Source: Candidatus Heimdallarchaeota archaeon (GTDB taxonomy: Archaea > Asgardarchaeota > Heimdallarchaeia > Hodarchaeales > Hodarchaeaceae). Taken from it: DNA of 59,656 bases. The position numbers were made by a program, and so were the translations under genes. Below, in pieces: positions 9,257 to 19,131 of the stretch; within the stretch, counting starts at the first letter, position 1, and each line of letters starts with the position of its first letter. The notes under the pieces were generated by a model. The model searched no databases, was not told the DNA's origin, and was given only the letters and a program-made list of their open reading frames with translations. The DNA is taken from contig RDOB01000010.1 in the NCBI GenBank assembly GCA_011364965.1, forward strand, positions 1-59,656. Direction: 5' to 3'.

Positions 9257-10009
9257 TTACATCAATTTAATATTGTAAAAATCCAGTGCATTCTTTGTAG
9301 TAACTTTTTCAACTTCCTTGAAGGTTATTTCTTTTAATTTTGCTATTTCATTAATTGCATATTTGACATTTGCAGGTTCATTTCTTTGGCCCATTATTGG
9401 ACTAAGATAAGGAGTGTCTGTTTCAACTACTAAATTGTCTAAAGGGGCAGTTCGTGCTATCTTTCGGTGATTTTTTCTTTTAATTACAGCTGTTGGTATT
9501 GATATCAACCACCCAAGGTCAATGACTCTCTTTACTTCCTCAAGATTCCCAGCGAAACAATGCATAAGTACGGGAACTCTTACATTTTCTTCTAGAATAT
9601 CAATACAATCTGTTTCTGCTTTTCGAGAATGGATGACAATAGGTTTTTTTATCTCATTGGCAAGGTTAATGTATTCAATGAAGTGCTGTTTCTGTTTATC
9701 CTGCCAAGAGGGATCATGGACCCAATAATGATCGAGTCCAACTTCTCCTACCGCGATAAGAGAGGTTACTTCACGAAGGGATTGTATGGTCTCCTTAGTC
9801 TTCATCGTTTTAATTCTAGAGGGAGCTGCTCCCAAAGTTGTGAAGATATAATTAGGAAAACGCTTTTCAAGCTCCAAAGCTGGCTTAAGATGGGCTGGTT
9901 CAATAGCTGAATTAACTATAGCTCGAACACCAGCATTTTGAGCATTTTGAACTAATTCGATTATATTATCAACAAAATCTGGTAGTAAATGGGCATGAGA
10001 GTCAATCAT
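9257..10009 (-). CDS. tatD: TatD-family hydrolase
   Basis: DSHAH, GEVGLD, HSR, HCF, ETDTPY, RNEP. Confidence 0.95.
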   Translation of the reverse strand: MIDSHAHLLPDFVDNIIELVQNAQNAGVRAIVNSAIEPAHLKPALELEKRFPNYIFTTLGAAPSRIKTMKTKETIQSLREVTSLIAVGEVGLDHYWVHDPSWQDKQKQHFIEYINLANEIKKPIVIHSRKAETDCIDILEENVRVPVLMHCFAGNLEEVKRVIDLGWLISIPTAVIKRKNHRKIARTAPLDNLVVETDTPYLSPIMGQRNEPANVKYAINEIAKLKEITFKEVEKVTTKNALDFYNIKLM

Positions 10010-10102
10010 TAATAAGAACCGTCTGTTTCATGTGTAAGTGCTTGATTTAGCGAATAAAAAAAAAATCTTTTGAATAATAGGAAATTATTGAGGTTTATCT
10101 TC

Positions 10103-11293
10103 TTGAAAATTATAGATTTGGTACGTGAAAATCAGAAAAGCCGGTTAAACTCTCTAAATATGATTGCATCAGAGAATGTGTTGAGTCCTAATGTTAAAGA
10201 AGCCTTGGCCACTTTAAATGCACGATACCATGCAGAATTTTATGCTGGAACAGAAATTTTTCAGACAATATACAATGAAACATCAGAACTGGCAAAGAAA
10301 GTGTTTAAATCTAATGAAGCATTAATTAGTCCATTATCTGGTAATATGGCGGTTATAGCAACACTATTTGCTTATTCAAGTCCAGGAGATAAGGTTGCTA
10401 TTCTACCACTAGTTCCAGCAGGAGGGTATCCATTTCGTCTAGAATACTTCAATAGAAAACGAATAGATATTCCATTTAAAATTGAAGATTTCAATATAGA
10501 TGAAAATAAATGCATCGAAATATTGGAAAAGGAAAAACCACGTTTAGTTTTTCTTGGTTCATCCTTAATTCTATTTCCTCAACCTATTAGCTCAATTACA
10601 GAAATAGTTCATAGTTATGGGGGGAAAGTCGCGTATGATGGTTCCCATGTACTGGGTTTAATAGCAGGAGGGCAATTCCAAGCCCCATTGAACGATCAAG
10701 TCGATTTATTAATTGGATCTACACATAAATCCTTTCCAGGACCTCAGGGAGGGATTATTCTCTCCAATAATCCTATTGAACCTGAATTAGAGGAAACAAT
10801 TGGAATAGATCCTCTCAAAGGCATTGTATTAGTAGATAATATTCATAATTCCCGAATTGCAGCATTAGGAGTAGCACTTGAGGAATTTCTATCTTATGGA
10901 AAAGACTATGCAAAACAGGTAGTAGCCAACTCTAAAGCACTTGCTTATTCTCTCGATTCTAATAATATTGAGCTTTTAGGAAAAATAAAGGGATTTTCAG
11001 AATCACACCAGGTTCTAATGAAAATCAGGAATTTTAGTGAAGGTGCAGAACTTCGTGACCTGTTATTTAGATTTAGAATTATTACTGACGCTGCTATGCG
11101 GTTTGGTACCGCAGAATTGACAAGACGCGGATTTGAAGAAGATCAAATGAGAAAAGTGGGAGAAATAATTGCAGAAATCCTAAATAATGCTGCAAAATTT
11201 AAATCTTCATCTGTTGATGGGAATTTGCATACAATTCATCAAAAGATCGAAATATTGATTAATCAGCAAATGGAGGTGACTAGTCAAGAATAA
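10103..11293 (+). CDS. glyA: Serine hydroxymethyltransferase
   Basis: IASEN, YDGSHVLGLIAGG, STHKSFPGPQGG (PLP Lys), RFGTAELTRRG; TTG at 10103 follows a GAGGT SD. Confidence 0.92.
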   Translation: MKIIDLVRENQKSRLNSLNMIASENVLSPNVKEALATLNARYHAEFYAGTEIFQTIYNETSELAKKVFKSNEALISPLSGNMAVIATLFAYSSPGDKVAILPLVPAGGYPFRLEYFNRKRIDIPFKIEDFNIDENKCIEILEKEKPRLVFLGSSLILFPQPISSITEIVHSYGGKVAYDGSHVLGLIAGGQFQAPLNDQVDLLIGSTHKSFPGPQGGIILSNNPIEPELEETIGIDPLKGIVLVDNIHNSRIAALGVALEEFLSYGKDYAKQVVANSKALAYSLDSNNIELLGKIKGFSESHQVLMKIRNFSEGAELRDLLFRFRIITDAAMRFGTAELTRRGFEEDQMRKVGEIIAEILNNAAKFKSSSVDGNLHTIHQKIEILINQQMEVTSQE

Positions 11294-11399
11294 GATTTCG
11301 CATTCATCTTAACTAATAAAAAGCCTAAAAGCTCAAAAAAACAAGGCAACTTGTTTACTAGATTTCGAAATAATGCCATTCCAGTAGGATTGACTTGAT

Positions 11400-12449
11400 A
11401 TGGACGAATCAGAATTACGCGCTCTTATCCGGCAATATGCTATTGAAGCAAAGCTAGACCAAGGTGAAGCTTCATTAACTGCAGTTTTAAAGCGTCTATT
11501 AGCAGAAAATCCAGATTTACAAACACAAATTCGATCATCTATTCCTCTGGTGAAAGAGGAAATAAATAATGCAAATATAATGGATGATGATGAATTAGAA
11601 GAATTTGGCGGAGTGGATGTTGACACAGATGAGTCTAGTGAATATGAAACTCTAGAAACTCTTGTTGTCCAACGTATTCAAGAAGCAGATGAATTAAAAG
11701 GCAATGTAATCGCATTAATTATTTACGGTTCTTATGCCAAACGTCTACATGTGGTAGGAGAGAGTGATATTAATTTTGTTGTTATTTTAAGTTCTAAAGC
11801 CTCAGAAGCTGTGATTGAAGCTGCTATTGCAAAAATTAATCATATTGCTGAGGAATTAGTTACTCCAGAAGTTGCTCACATCTTCGATCTCATGATTCTA
11901 AAAGAGGAGGATTTGAACAATCTCATTGAAAATTTCGGACCAGTTTTTACCTATATTCATATACTATATGCTCAATCTGGCGAATTGAAACTTGGAGAAA
12001 ATATCTTTACAAAAATTAAGGTCACAGATGAACAAATTCGAGAATCTGCAAAATTATTGATCTTAGAATCCATTGCTCAAATAGATGAAATCATTCGTGC
12101 AGCCCAAGAAGAAGGGGAAGAAAATGGGGAAGAAGAAGCTCTTCCAGAGGATGAATTGAATTTTCTTATCGGGCCTTTAATCATCGATATTACTTTCGCC
12201 CTAGCCTGCTACAATGTTGGAACTAAGGCTTCATCTTTAGATTTGGTAAAACCTGATATCCATTTGGATGAGATTCGACAGGTATACGATCCTGAGGGGC
12301 ACTTTAAGGATTATTATACCGTTTTTGAACAAGCCCACGCTTTCAAACTAGGAATTAAATATCCAGATTCCCAGAACTTTTTAGAGAAAAGCTTTGAGTA
12401 TATTAAAAAGGTTGTTGAGTACACAGGGTTGCAAGAACCATCAAAATAA
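11400..12449 (+). CDS. Fusion of an archaeal GluRS N-terminal-like domain, a Pol-beta-type nucleotidyltransferase and a helical C-domain
   Basis: N-terminus IRQYAI...GEA..TAV...LAENPDL...IPLV; NTase motif IIYGSYA...ESDINFVV; very acidic. Confidence 0.65.
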   Translation: MDESELRALIRQYAIEAKLDQGEASLTAVLKRLLAENPDLQTQIRSSIPLVKEEINNANIMDDDELEEFGGVDVDTDESSEYETLETLVVQRIQEADELKGNVIALIIYGSYAKRLHVVGESDINFVVILSSKASEAVIEAAIAKINHIAEELVTPEVAHIFDLMILKEEDLNNLIENFGPVFTYIHILYAQSGELKLGENIFTKIKVTDEQIRESAKLLILESIAQIDEIIRAAQEEGEENGEEEALPEDELNFLIGPLIIDITFALACYNVGTKASSLDLVKPDIHLDEIRQVYDPEGHFKDYYTVFEQAHAFKLGIKYPDSQNFLEKSFEYIKKVVEYTGLQEPSK

Positions 12450-12452
12450 TCA

Positions 12453-13040
12453 TTAATTCTTCAATGCTTTCAAATCAATCTTCAATTGAACAATAAATGA
12501 GAATTCGGATTCATACTTACTTAATTGGGAGTATGCAACGCCTTCAAAACTATTAACTTCAAATTGATTTAGTAAAAATCTGGCATTATAATCATAAGTT
12601 TGGATTAACAGATCTGTAATATCAGCAATTCGAGCAATTTTATATTCGATACTTCCATCATCAGTAATTAACTTCTTAAATTCACATTTGTATTCGATAG
12701 GAAATTTCTCAAGAAGGTTTCTTACTGCCCCATTATTGATGTCAACCTTAATCTCATCAGCTTTGGTTTTTCCAACAATATTTTCGAGACTTTTATCTAT
12801 ATCAAGGAATTCAGATTCGTGAAAGTCATGAAACAGCGCAATTAAAGTGGCTTTATTAACATCGACTGGTTCTGATTGCGTATGAAGCGAGTTTTCTGTA
12901 ATTGCAAAGATGTATGCCAAAACAGCAACAGCCCATGAATGATCCGCTAAGGATTCAATAGAAGATACTGGTACTCCAGCACGGATCCATCCTTGCCTGA
13001 GTAGATGCTTCATTAGTATAATATTTCTAAAGAGATTCAA
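12453..13040 (-). CDS. HD-domain hydrolase (YfbR/HDDC2 5'-deoxynucleotidase-like)
   Basis: RQGW, ESLADHS, FHDFHE, ADITD. Confidence 0.88.
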   Translation of the reverse strand: MNLFRNIILMKHLLRQGWIRAGVPVSSIESLADHSWAVAVLAYIFAITENSLHTQSEPVDVNKATLIALFHDFHESEFLDIDKSLENIVGKTKADEIKVDINNGAVRNLLEKFPIEYKCEFKKLITDDGSIEYKIARIADITDLLIQTYDYNARFLLNQFEVNSFEGVAYSQLSKYESEFSFIVQLKIDLKALKN

Positions 13041-13134
13041 TTTCCATCACAAACAAGAATAGTATTGAATGCGATTGGATATTACCATGAAGAATTGATA
13101 AATTCTCCCTACCCTCAATTAATGTGGTATGTAA

Positions 13135-13425
13135 TTAAGTTTTGGCGTAAACACTTACGCGTCGATTTGAATAAGCTTTTTTGATGATTTTCTTTTTCAC
13201 TAGATCATCTAGTAAACTACGAGCCACTGAAACACGAATGTCTCTACGACTAGCTATTTCTTGAGGGGTGACAACTATAGATTTTCTTTTAGAATAATCT
13301 TTTTCTAATTCCTTCAGCAGTTCATTGTACTCGTCACCTACTAATAGATTGCGCTCATAGCTCGTATATTCAAAGATACGTCCCCATCGACGCTTCTTAC
13401 GAACTTTCCGGTCAGATGTGCTCAT
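13135..13425 (-). CDS. rps25e: 30S ribosomal protein S25e
   Basis: KKRRW, VTPQEIA...IRVSVARSLLDDLVKKKII...VY; ATG at 13425 after GAGGT. Confidence 0.88.
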   Translation of the reverse strand: MSTSDRKVRKKRRWGRIFEYTSYERNLLVGDEYNELLKELEKDYSKRKSIVVTPQEIASRRDIRVSVARSLLDDLVKKKIIKKAYSNRRVSVYAKT

Positions 13426-13738
13426 ATGGTTATACCTCAAATACTCAGATACTAAAAATATCCTTATTTACCCCTTTTATCAAGTCGTTTATGATCTTTT
13501 TCGTGACTTATTTTCGACCCGAATTCTAAGAACTTAATAAAATGATTATTACCTCTCTCATGGGAAATGTCAAAATGTTCAGTAAATGTAGATTAAATCG
13601 ATTCTCAGCTTGAGCTATTCGCTCTGATATTATGTAATCTCTTTAAAGAAGTATTTAATAAAAATCTAAATGAAAAAAATTCGTCTAATTCAAGAGAAAA
13701 GGCATTGATCAATTATAAGCTTAAGGAGTAGGCATTAA

Positions 13739-14449
13739 ATGATTGGTACACTAATTAATTGCGGTACAGTTATTATTGGCTCTATTATCGGTCTAACATT
13801 AGGACGTTTCTATACCGAGGATATGAAAACCATTACTATTAAAAGTATTGGACTTTTAACTCTTGTCATAGGGATTGATATGGTTTTGTCGTCAGGAAGA
13901 GCATTAGGAGCGTGGGAATTTCTTACAATAATGTTTTCCTTAATACTTGGAGGAATATCTGGAGTATTACTTAATATAGAGGGAAATCTTGAAAAATTCG
14001 GATCATGGTTAAAAGAAAGAGCAAAAAGTCAAGAAACTTCATTTATTGAGGGATTTGTGGTTGCTTCAATAATCTTTGAAACCGGTCCAATGGCTATTTT
14101 GGGTTCAATAAATGATGGCCTTCAGGGCGACCTTACTCTCCTTTTGATTAAATCAGGATTAGATGGTATAATGTCAATCGCATTAGCCTCAACATTCGGA
14201 GTTGGTGTTATTTTCAGTATTATCTCGGTTGCACTATATCAAGGAAGTATTACGTTGTTTGCAATATTATTTGGGGCAGTATTACCAGAGATTGTGATTA
14301 TCATGATACGAATTGTTGGAGGAATTTTGATACTAGGCCTTGGAGTAAGAATTCTCGAATTACAAGATATTCCCATAGGTAATATGATCCCAGCAATATT
14401 TTGGGCAATCCCCATCACTATTCTTGTTGATTTCCTCATGCTATGGTAA
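13739..14449 (+). CDS. DUF554-family membrane protein
   Basis: MIGTLIN...GSIIG, GPMAILGSINDGL, KSGLDG, YQGSIT. Confidence 0.9.
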   Translation: MIGTLINCGTVIIGSIIGLTLGRFYTEDMKTITIKSIGLLTLVIGIDMVLSSGRALGAWEFLTIMFSLILGGISGVLLNIEGNLEKFGSWLKERAKSQETSFIEGFVVASIIFETGPMAILGSINDGLQGDLTLLLIKSGLDGIMSIALASTFGVGVIFSIISVALYQGSITLFAILFGAVLPEIVIIMIRIVGGILILGLGVRILELQDIPIGNMIPAIFWAIPITILVDFLMLW

Positions 14450-14583
14450 TCAGGGGATGAACTCGCACTCTCTTACACAAGATATTTATCTTCTCCAATA
14501 CTTCCTAGTCATTTACTTTATTTAGCCTAGAATCTCTAACTCTAAAAAATGAATTGAGGAGAATGGGTTATAAGGTGAACTTG

Positions 14584-17223
14584 ATGCTAATTATATACCC
14601 CAAAAATATGAAATTTATTTTCTTTGTATTTCTTTTATCTTTGACTGCATTCACTAATATCAGTTTTGCAGAAAGTAATCCTCAACAATCAACTTCTTTG
14701 CTTTATCTACATGATGAATCTTACAGCTTTTTAGCAAATCATTTTGCCATTGACAAACAATTTTCACTCGATATTCAATCCCGCTGCCCTTCATCCATCT
14801 CAAGCTATGAAGGTATTATCCTTATTGATTATGTGCCTTCTTCAGTCGAAATGATTCGTTTAGAGTCCTTTGTTCAATCAGGAGGGGGGATATTTCTATT
14901 TGTTGGCCCCAGTTTAACTAATAATGCCTCATTTCTTCAACTCCTCAATTTAACAACCTCATCGATGGGCCAAGTTGTCGATCACAGAATCCTTCCCACG
15001 ATTTCTAAAGTTGAAAGTCCATTAACAAATCTGATTGAATGGAATTCTGTCCCAGTCATTTATAATTCTACCAGATTCGGTTTGAATTCAAATGTACGCA
15101 TCATTGTTGATGATAAAGAAAACAATGCTTTAATATTTGAATCAACAGATAATAACGTTGTAGTTATAACCATTTGGCCAGAAGAAATTCACAACGCAGA
15201 ATTTATTCAATGGCCATATTTCAATTACCTAATTTTTCTTTCAGAAATGCAAATCAAAGGTGTTAGTGACGAAAGAATACCCATTTATGCGGATTGGGCT
15301 TATTCACCAGTCCCTCATCTCTCTGATACAATATTTATCGGAATAGGAGTTATTATTACATCTTTAATAACTTTAATAGGCTTTATTTCTGCAAGGAAAT
15401 ATTCTCGGTCGAATATTATCCGACAAGAAGACCTGGAGGCGATGTCTGAACAGATTTCAGTTAATAATGAGTGGGAAGAAGTGGGAATGCACCGGCAGAT
15501 ATCAGGCTTTTTAGTACAGTTATTCATCGGAATGTTAATAATTCTTCCCAATGCTATTATGACTTCGTTAGTCTTTCCGCTAATCATTCTCCCCTCTCCC
15601 CAAGCTGCAGGTTTTTATGACTTCACACTACGGTTTTTTGAAGCATTATGGCTTATTTTCGACCTTGGAACTGCGACTGTATTAGTGAAATTTTTTTCTG
15701 AACATCGAGTAGAGCGACCACAAAGGGCAATTCGATATGTACAAATTTTCATTTGGTACCAAATGATCTCTGGTATTATGCAACTCTTTTTAATCTCTTT
15801 TCTAGGTTCCTTTATTTTTCCTAGAACCTTTTTAGCCCACATGTCTTGGGTTTTTGTTACACATGCCTTCTTTCAATGGCCAGCTTTCTTTATCGTTTTC
15901 ATGTTGTTATTTCGAGCAATGAATCGCATAGATTTTCATCAAATACTAAATATTTTACTCTATGGCGTATTCAATATCACTCTACAATATTTAGTTATAG
16001 TAATTTTCAGGGTAGTACTAGGTACTAATATAATCTTCGGAGATTCACTAGCGGGAGCAATTGGTTATTCTGTTGGAAACTATGCCGTCCGTTTAGCTAC
16101 TTTTGCTGTTGGATTATGGATGTTTAAACGATTAGGATTCTCTGTGAAAAATCTTTTCCGAGTCGACTTTTCTTGGATCGAGCTAAAAGAATCATTGACA
16201 TTCGGCATCAAATGGGCATTTGGGAATATGTGGGTACCTCTAGGATGGTTTCTTCAAGTTTTTCTACTAGCGATGTTTCTTCCGAATTATACAGAGCAAC
16301 AGGGCTTTTTTTCGATTGCATTCGGATTCGCTGGAATAGTTCAACTAGTAGGATTATTTGCAGAATCAATGTTAGGAGGAGTCTCTGAAGCATACCACTC
16401 AAAGAGAAAGGTATTGACACAATACTATGCTGTTACATCTTTAAAATGGGCAGCATTCTTTGATTTTTTCTTTGTTGCTGTATTGATGGCAATTGGTCCT
16501 CGATTTATACTTGGCGGTGCAGGAGAAGAATGGAGTGGGGCTGCAATTCTGATCCCTTTCATCCTTATTTTTCACGCGTTTGGTTACCTTAGTTGGTTAG
16601 GTGATTGGATGTTTGCAGGTAGTGATCGACCAGGATGGGCTGCTATTAGCTGGATAATCGAACAAGGAGTTAGAGCTGGATTACTACTAATTTTCATTCC
16701 ACAATACCAGTTCTTTGCAGATACATTCAATTCCCCTCTAGTTGGAATCATGTTCGCATATATTCCAGCCCTCATCATCAAAGATATCTATATGTGGTGG
16801 GGAATTAGGAAATCAGCATACTTCAAGTTCAAATGGAAAGATCTAGCATACCCTGGAATTGTTGCTCCAATTTTAACAGCTTTTATAACCTATGGCATAA
16901 CAGAGATTTTAAGTTCTTTTATCTGGCAAGGTGAGATTATAACCTCAGTAATTATACTCTTATTGGGCACTTTTCCAATGATTTATCTTCATAGCTTTAT
17001 ATATGGCTTCCTAGGAGGATTTGATAAGAATACATTAGCAGAATTTCGGAAAGCAGCTTATATGTCAAGCGGAATCTCAATTTTATCACGATTATTGTAT
17101 AAAGCAGCAGTTTTAGGAACCAAAATTTCACCTCTTCACGATCGCTTCCCCATTTCCATTTATGAAGAAGCTGCTGAAGAAGCAAAGACTCTAACTCAAG
17201 AGAAAAAGGTGCTAGTAATATAG
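14584..17223 (+). CDS. Large membrane protein: exported GATase/GIFT-like domain fused to a MOP (Wzx/MurJ/MATE-like) flippase domain
   Basis: Signal peptide; LESFVQSGGGIFLFVG; then about 13-14 TM segments with DLGTATVLVKFFSE and ESLTFG; start 14584 (AGGTGA SD) or 14608. Confidence 0.65.
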   Translation: MLIIYPKNMKFIFFVFLLSLTAFTNISFAESNPQQSTSLLYLHDESYSFLANHFAIDKQFSLDIQSRCPSSISSYEGIILIDYVPSSVEMIRLESFVQSGGGIFLFVGPSLTNNASFLQLLNLTTSSMGQVVDHRILPTISKVESPLTNLIEWNSVPVIYNSTRFGLNSNVRIIVDDKENNALIFESTDNNVVVITIWPEEIHNAEFIQWPYFNYLIFLSEMQIKGVSDERIPIYADWAYSPVPHLSDTIFIGIGVIITSLITLIGFISARKYSRSNIIRQEDLEAMSEQISVNNEWEEVGMHRQISGFLVQLFIGMLIILPNAIMTSLVFPLIILPSPQAAGFYDFTLRFFEALWLIFDLGTATVLVKFFSEHRVERPQRAIRYVQIFIWYQMISGIMQLFLISFLGSFIFPRTFLAHMSWVFVTHAFFQWPAFFIVFMLLFRAMNRIDFHQILNILLYGVFNITLQYLVIVIFRVVLGTNIIFGDSLAGAIGYSVGNYAVRLATFAVGLWMFKRLGFSVKNLFRVDFSWIELKESLTFGIKWAFGNMWVPLGWFLQVFLLAMFLPNYTEQQGFFSIAFGFAGIVQLVGLFAESMLGGVSEAYHSKRKVLTQYYAVTSLKWAAFFDFFFVAVLMAIGPRFILGGAGEEWSGAAILIPFILIFHAFGYLSWLGDWMFAGSDRPGWAAISWIIEQGVRAGLLLIFIPQYQFFADTFNSPLVGIMFAYIPALIIKDIYMWWGIRKSAYFKFKWKDLAYPGIVAPILTAFITYGITEILSSFIWQGEIITSVIILLLGTFPMIYLHSFIYGFLGGFDKNTLAEFRKAAYMSSGISILSRLLYKAAVLGTKISPLHDRFPISIYEEAAEEAKTLTQEKKVLVI

Positions 17224-17249
17224 CACCACTTTTTTCAATAAAAACTTCC

Positions 17250-18167
17250 TCAAAGGGAAGTTTCAATGATTTTTGTTATTCCTTGGGCAACGAAACCGAT
17301 TACACCAATCCCCATTGAAAATTTTAATATTTTCTTAACCTTGGATGCACTTTTTATTATTTCTTGTTCTGATACACTATACATCAGATAAGCAGAATAA
17401 AAAATGAAAGATATAATCAAAAAAATTGCGAAGATAAAAATAGGAGATGTATAGTAGCCAAGAAGAATTGGAATTGGCACAATAAAGATCATGGAAAATA
17501 ATACCACAAAACCAATATTTCTTGCGGGTTTTATGCCGTATAAAAGGGCTAAAGATTTAACATCTTTTAATTCATCCCCTCGAACATCTTCAATATCTTT
17601 AATGATCTCTCTCCCAAGGTTAATAAGAAAAGCAAATGAGGCTGGAAACAAGAAAGTTTCAAAACTTTGAGTCAAAATTCCTCCAAAAAGAAATGGAATC
17701 GCCACTAATATAGCCACAACCACGTTTCCTAAGAATCCAGTGCGTTTAAATAATGCAGCATAAAAATAAAGTAATAATCCACCAAAAATGGCAAGTAAGA
17801 AGGAGGGAATCGGTATATTTGGAATAAAAAGTGTAATAGAGGTACCTATGACAAAAAGAATAATAGCAAACGTCCGAGCTTCTTTTAACGATAACATACC
17901 TGCAGGAAGAGGACGATGGGGAGTATTTATTTTATCAATTTCTATATCATAAACATCATTAATTGTATAACCCCCCATTGCAAGTAGAGATGTTGTTAAA
18001 CAACCTATTATAATTCCTAAGATTTGGGCTTCGTTTAAAGGGCTAGAGAGAGCAGCAATTGCCCCTATCAATACAGTGAACCCAGAAAGTGTCCCATTTA
18101 TTGGCCGAACAATTAAGAAATATCCCCGTAGACGTGTTGAGAGCCCTAGCTGTTCTTTTATTGTCAT
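17250..18167 (-). CDS. UbiA-family digeranylgeranylglyceryl-phosphate synthase
   Basis: RPIN, INDVYDIEIDKINTPHRPLPAG, LGNVVVA, REIIKDIEDVRGD. Confidence 0.9.
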   Translation of the reverse strand: MTIKEQLGLSTRLRGYFLIVRPINGTLSGFTVLIGAIAALSSPLNEAQILGIIIGCLTTSLLAMGGYTINDVYDIEIDKINTPHRPLPAGMLSLKEARTFAIILFVIGTSITLFIPNIPIPSFLLAIFGGLLLYFYAALFKRTGFLGNVVVAILVAIPFLFGGILTQSFETFLFPASFAFLINLGREIIKDIEDVRGDELKDVKSLALLYGIKPARNIGFVVLFSMIFIVPIPILLGYYTSPIFIFAIFLIISFIFYSAYLMYSVSEQEIIKSASKVKKILKFSMGIGVIGFVAQGITKIIETSL

Positions 18168-18316
18168 TGGTTTTTATTCTCCATTAATTTGAGAGAGAAA
18201 AGTGCGATCCACTAAAAGTTTTCTAGATTTATTCGTTTATCTCTAGATTAGATAAAAATCTCTCCTTTTCTGAAAACTTTTTTAGAAGTGAAACTCCTCA
18301 AAGAAATACTTTGTAA

Positions 18317-19081
18317 TTAATCTAAGGTCATATAATAATAGGAAAACAAGTTTGTAAAATTTAATTTCGAATAAAAAGACTTAGCAGCAACATTCTCATT
18401 TACAACTTGTAAATAGCAGGTATGGGCTCCATTTATGGAACCCCACTCGATTACTTTTTGTAAAAGAGCAGTTGCAACTCCCATTCGTCTGTAATCCTCT
18501 TTCACTACTAAATCTAAAATACCAACGTATCCCCGTTCTAAAACTGCCAATACTACTCCAATATCTTTGCTATTTTGACTTGCTAAAAAGAATTGCTTAG
18601 GTAGAATGATCCTATCAATAATTCGAGCATAATTTTCGACAAAAGAAGCACCTTGATAATTTGAGCATGAAACAAAAGTTGAATACCAGTCTTTGGTTCG
18701 TATTGAGGATGATTGCAAGTATATCTCTTCAGAAACAGCCGTAATAATGACCCGATTAATATTGGTGCTCATTACATCGGTTATGTTATTTTTTTGATAA
18801 TTTCTAGATTTTAAATGTGAAGTTAAATTAGATGGAGCAGTATAATCTGGTATCATAAACCGTGAGGGTAAATGTTGACTTGAATAAGCAAATTCAACTT
18901 TTGATATGTCTAGATCTATATCAGTACCGCTATATTGCAACGGAAGAACAGAATTTGCTCTATTAGTTACACCTTCTGAAAGTCGTAGAACCCAACCATT
19001 TAGAAGATGAGTATATAGAGGAGGCCAAGCATTGTTTGAAAGCTCTTGGTAAAGAATAATGATTTTTTTTGGATCAATCAT
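18317..19081 (-). CDS. GNAT acetyltransferase
   Basis: GWVLR...TNRANSV; YRRMGVA; YLQVVNENVAA..FY.KLNF. Confidence 0.88.
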   Translation of the reverse strand: MIDPKKIIILYQELSNNAWPPLYTHLLNGWVLRLSEGVTNRANSVLPLQYSGTDIDLDISKVEFAYSSQHLPSRFMIPDYTAPSNLTSHLKSRNYQKNNITDVMSTNINRVIITAVSEEIYLQSSSIRTKDWYSTFVSCSNYQGASFVENYARIIDRIILPKQFFLASQNSKDIGVVLAVLERGYVGILDLVVKEDYRRMGVATALLQKVIEWGSINGAHTCYLQVVNENVAAKSFYSKLNFTNLFSYYYMTLD

Positions 19082-19107
19082 ATTTGGGAACCAAAATACG
19101 GATTGAA

Positions 19108-19130
19108 TTTAAAAAAAAGGGAGGAGAGAG
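19108..19130 (-). terminator. Polypyrimidine/oligo-T terminator
   Basis: Minus strand CTCTCTCCTCCCTTTTTTTT after the stomatin stop. Confidence 0.65.
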
Positions 19131-19131
19131 T

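Noticed and set aside
11400-12449. MNT-HEPN toxin-antitoxin system
   Set aside because: No RxxxxH HEPN motif, no cognate toxin gene, and an extra GluRS-like N-domain.
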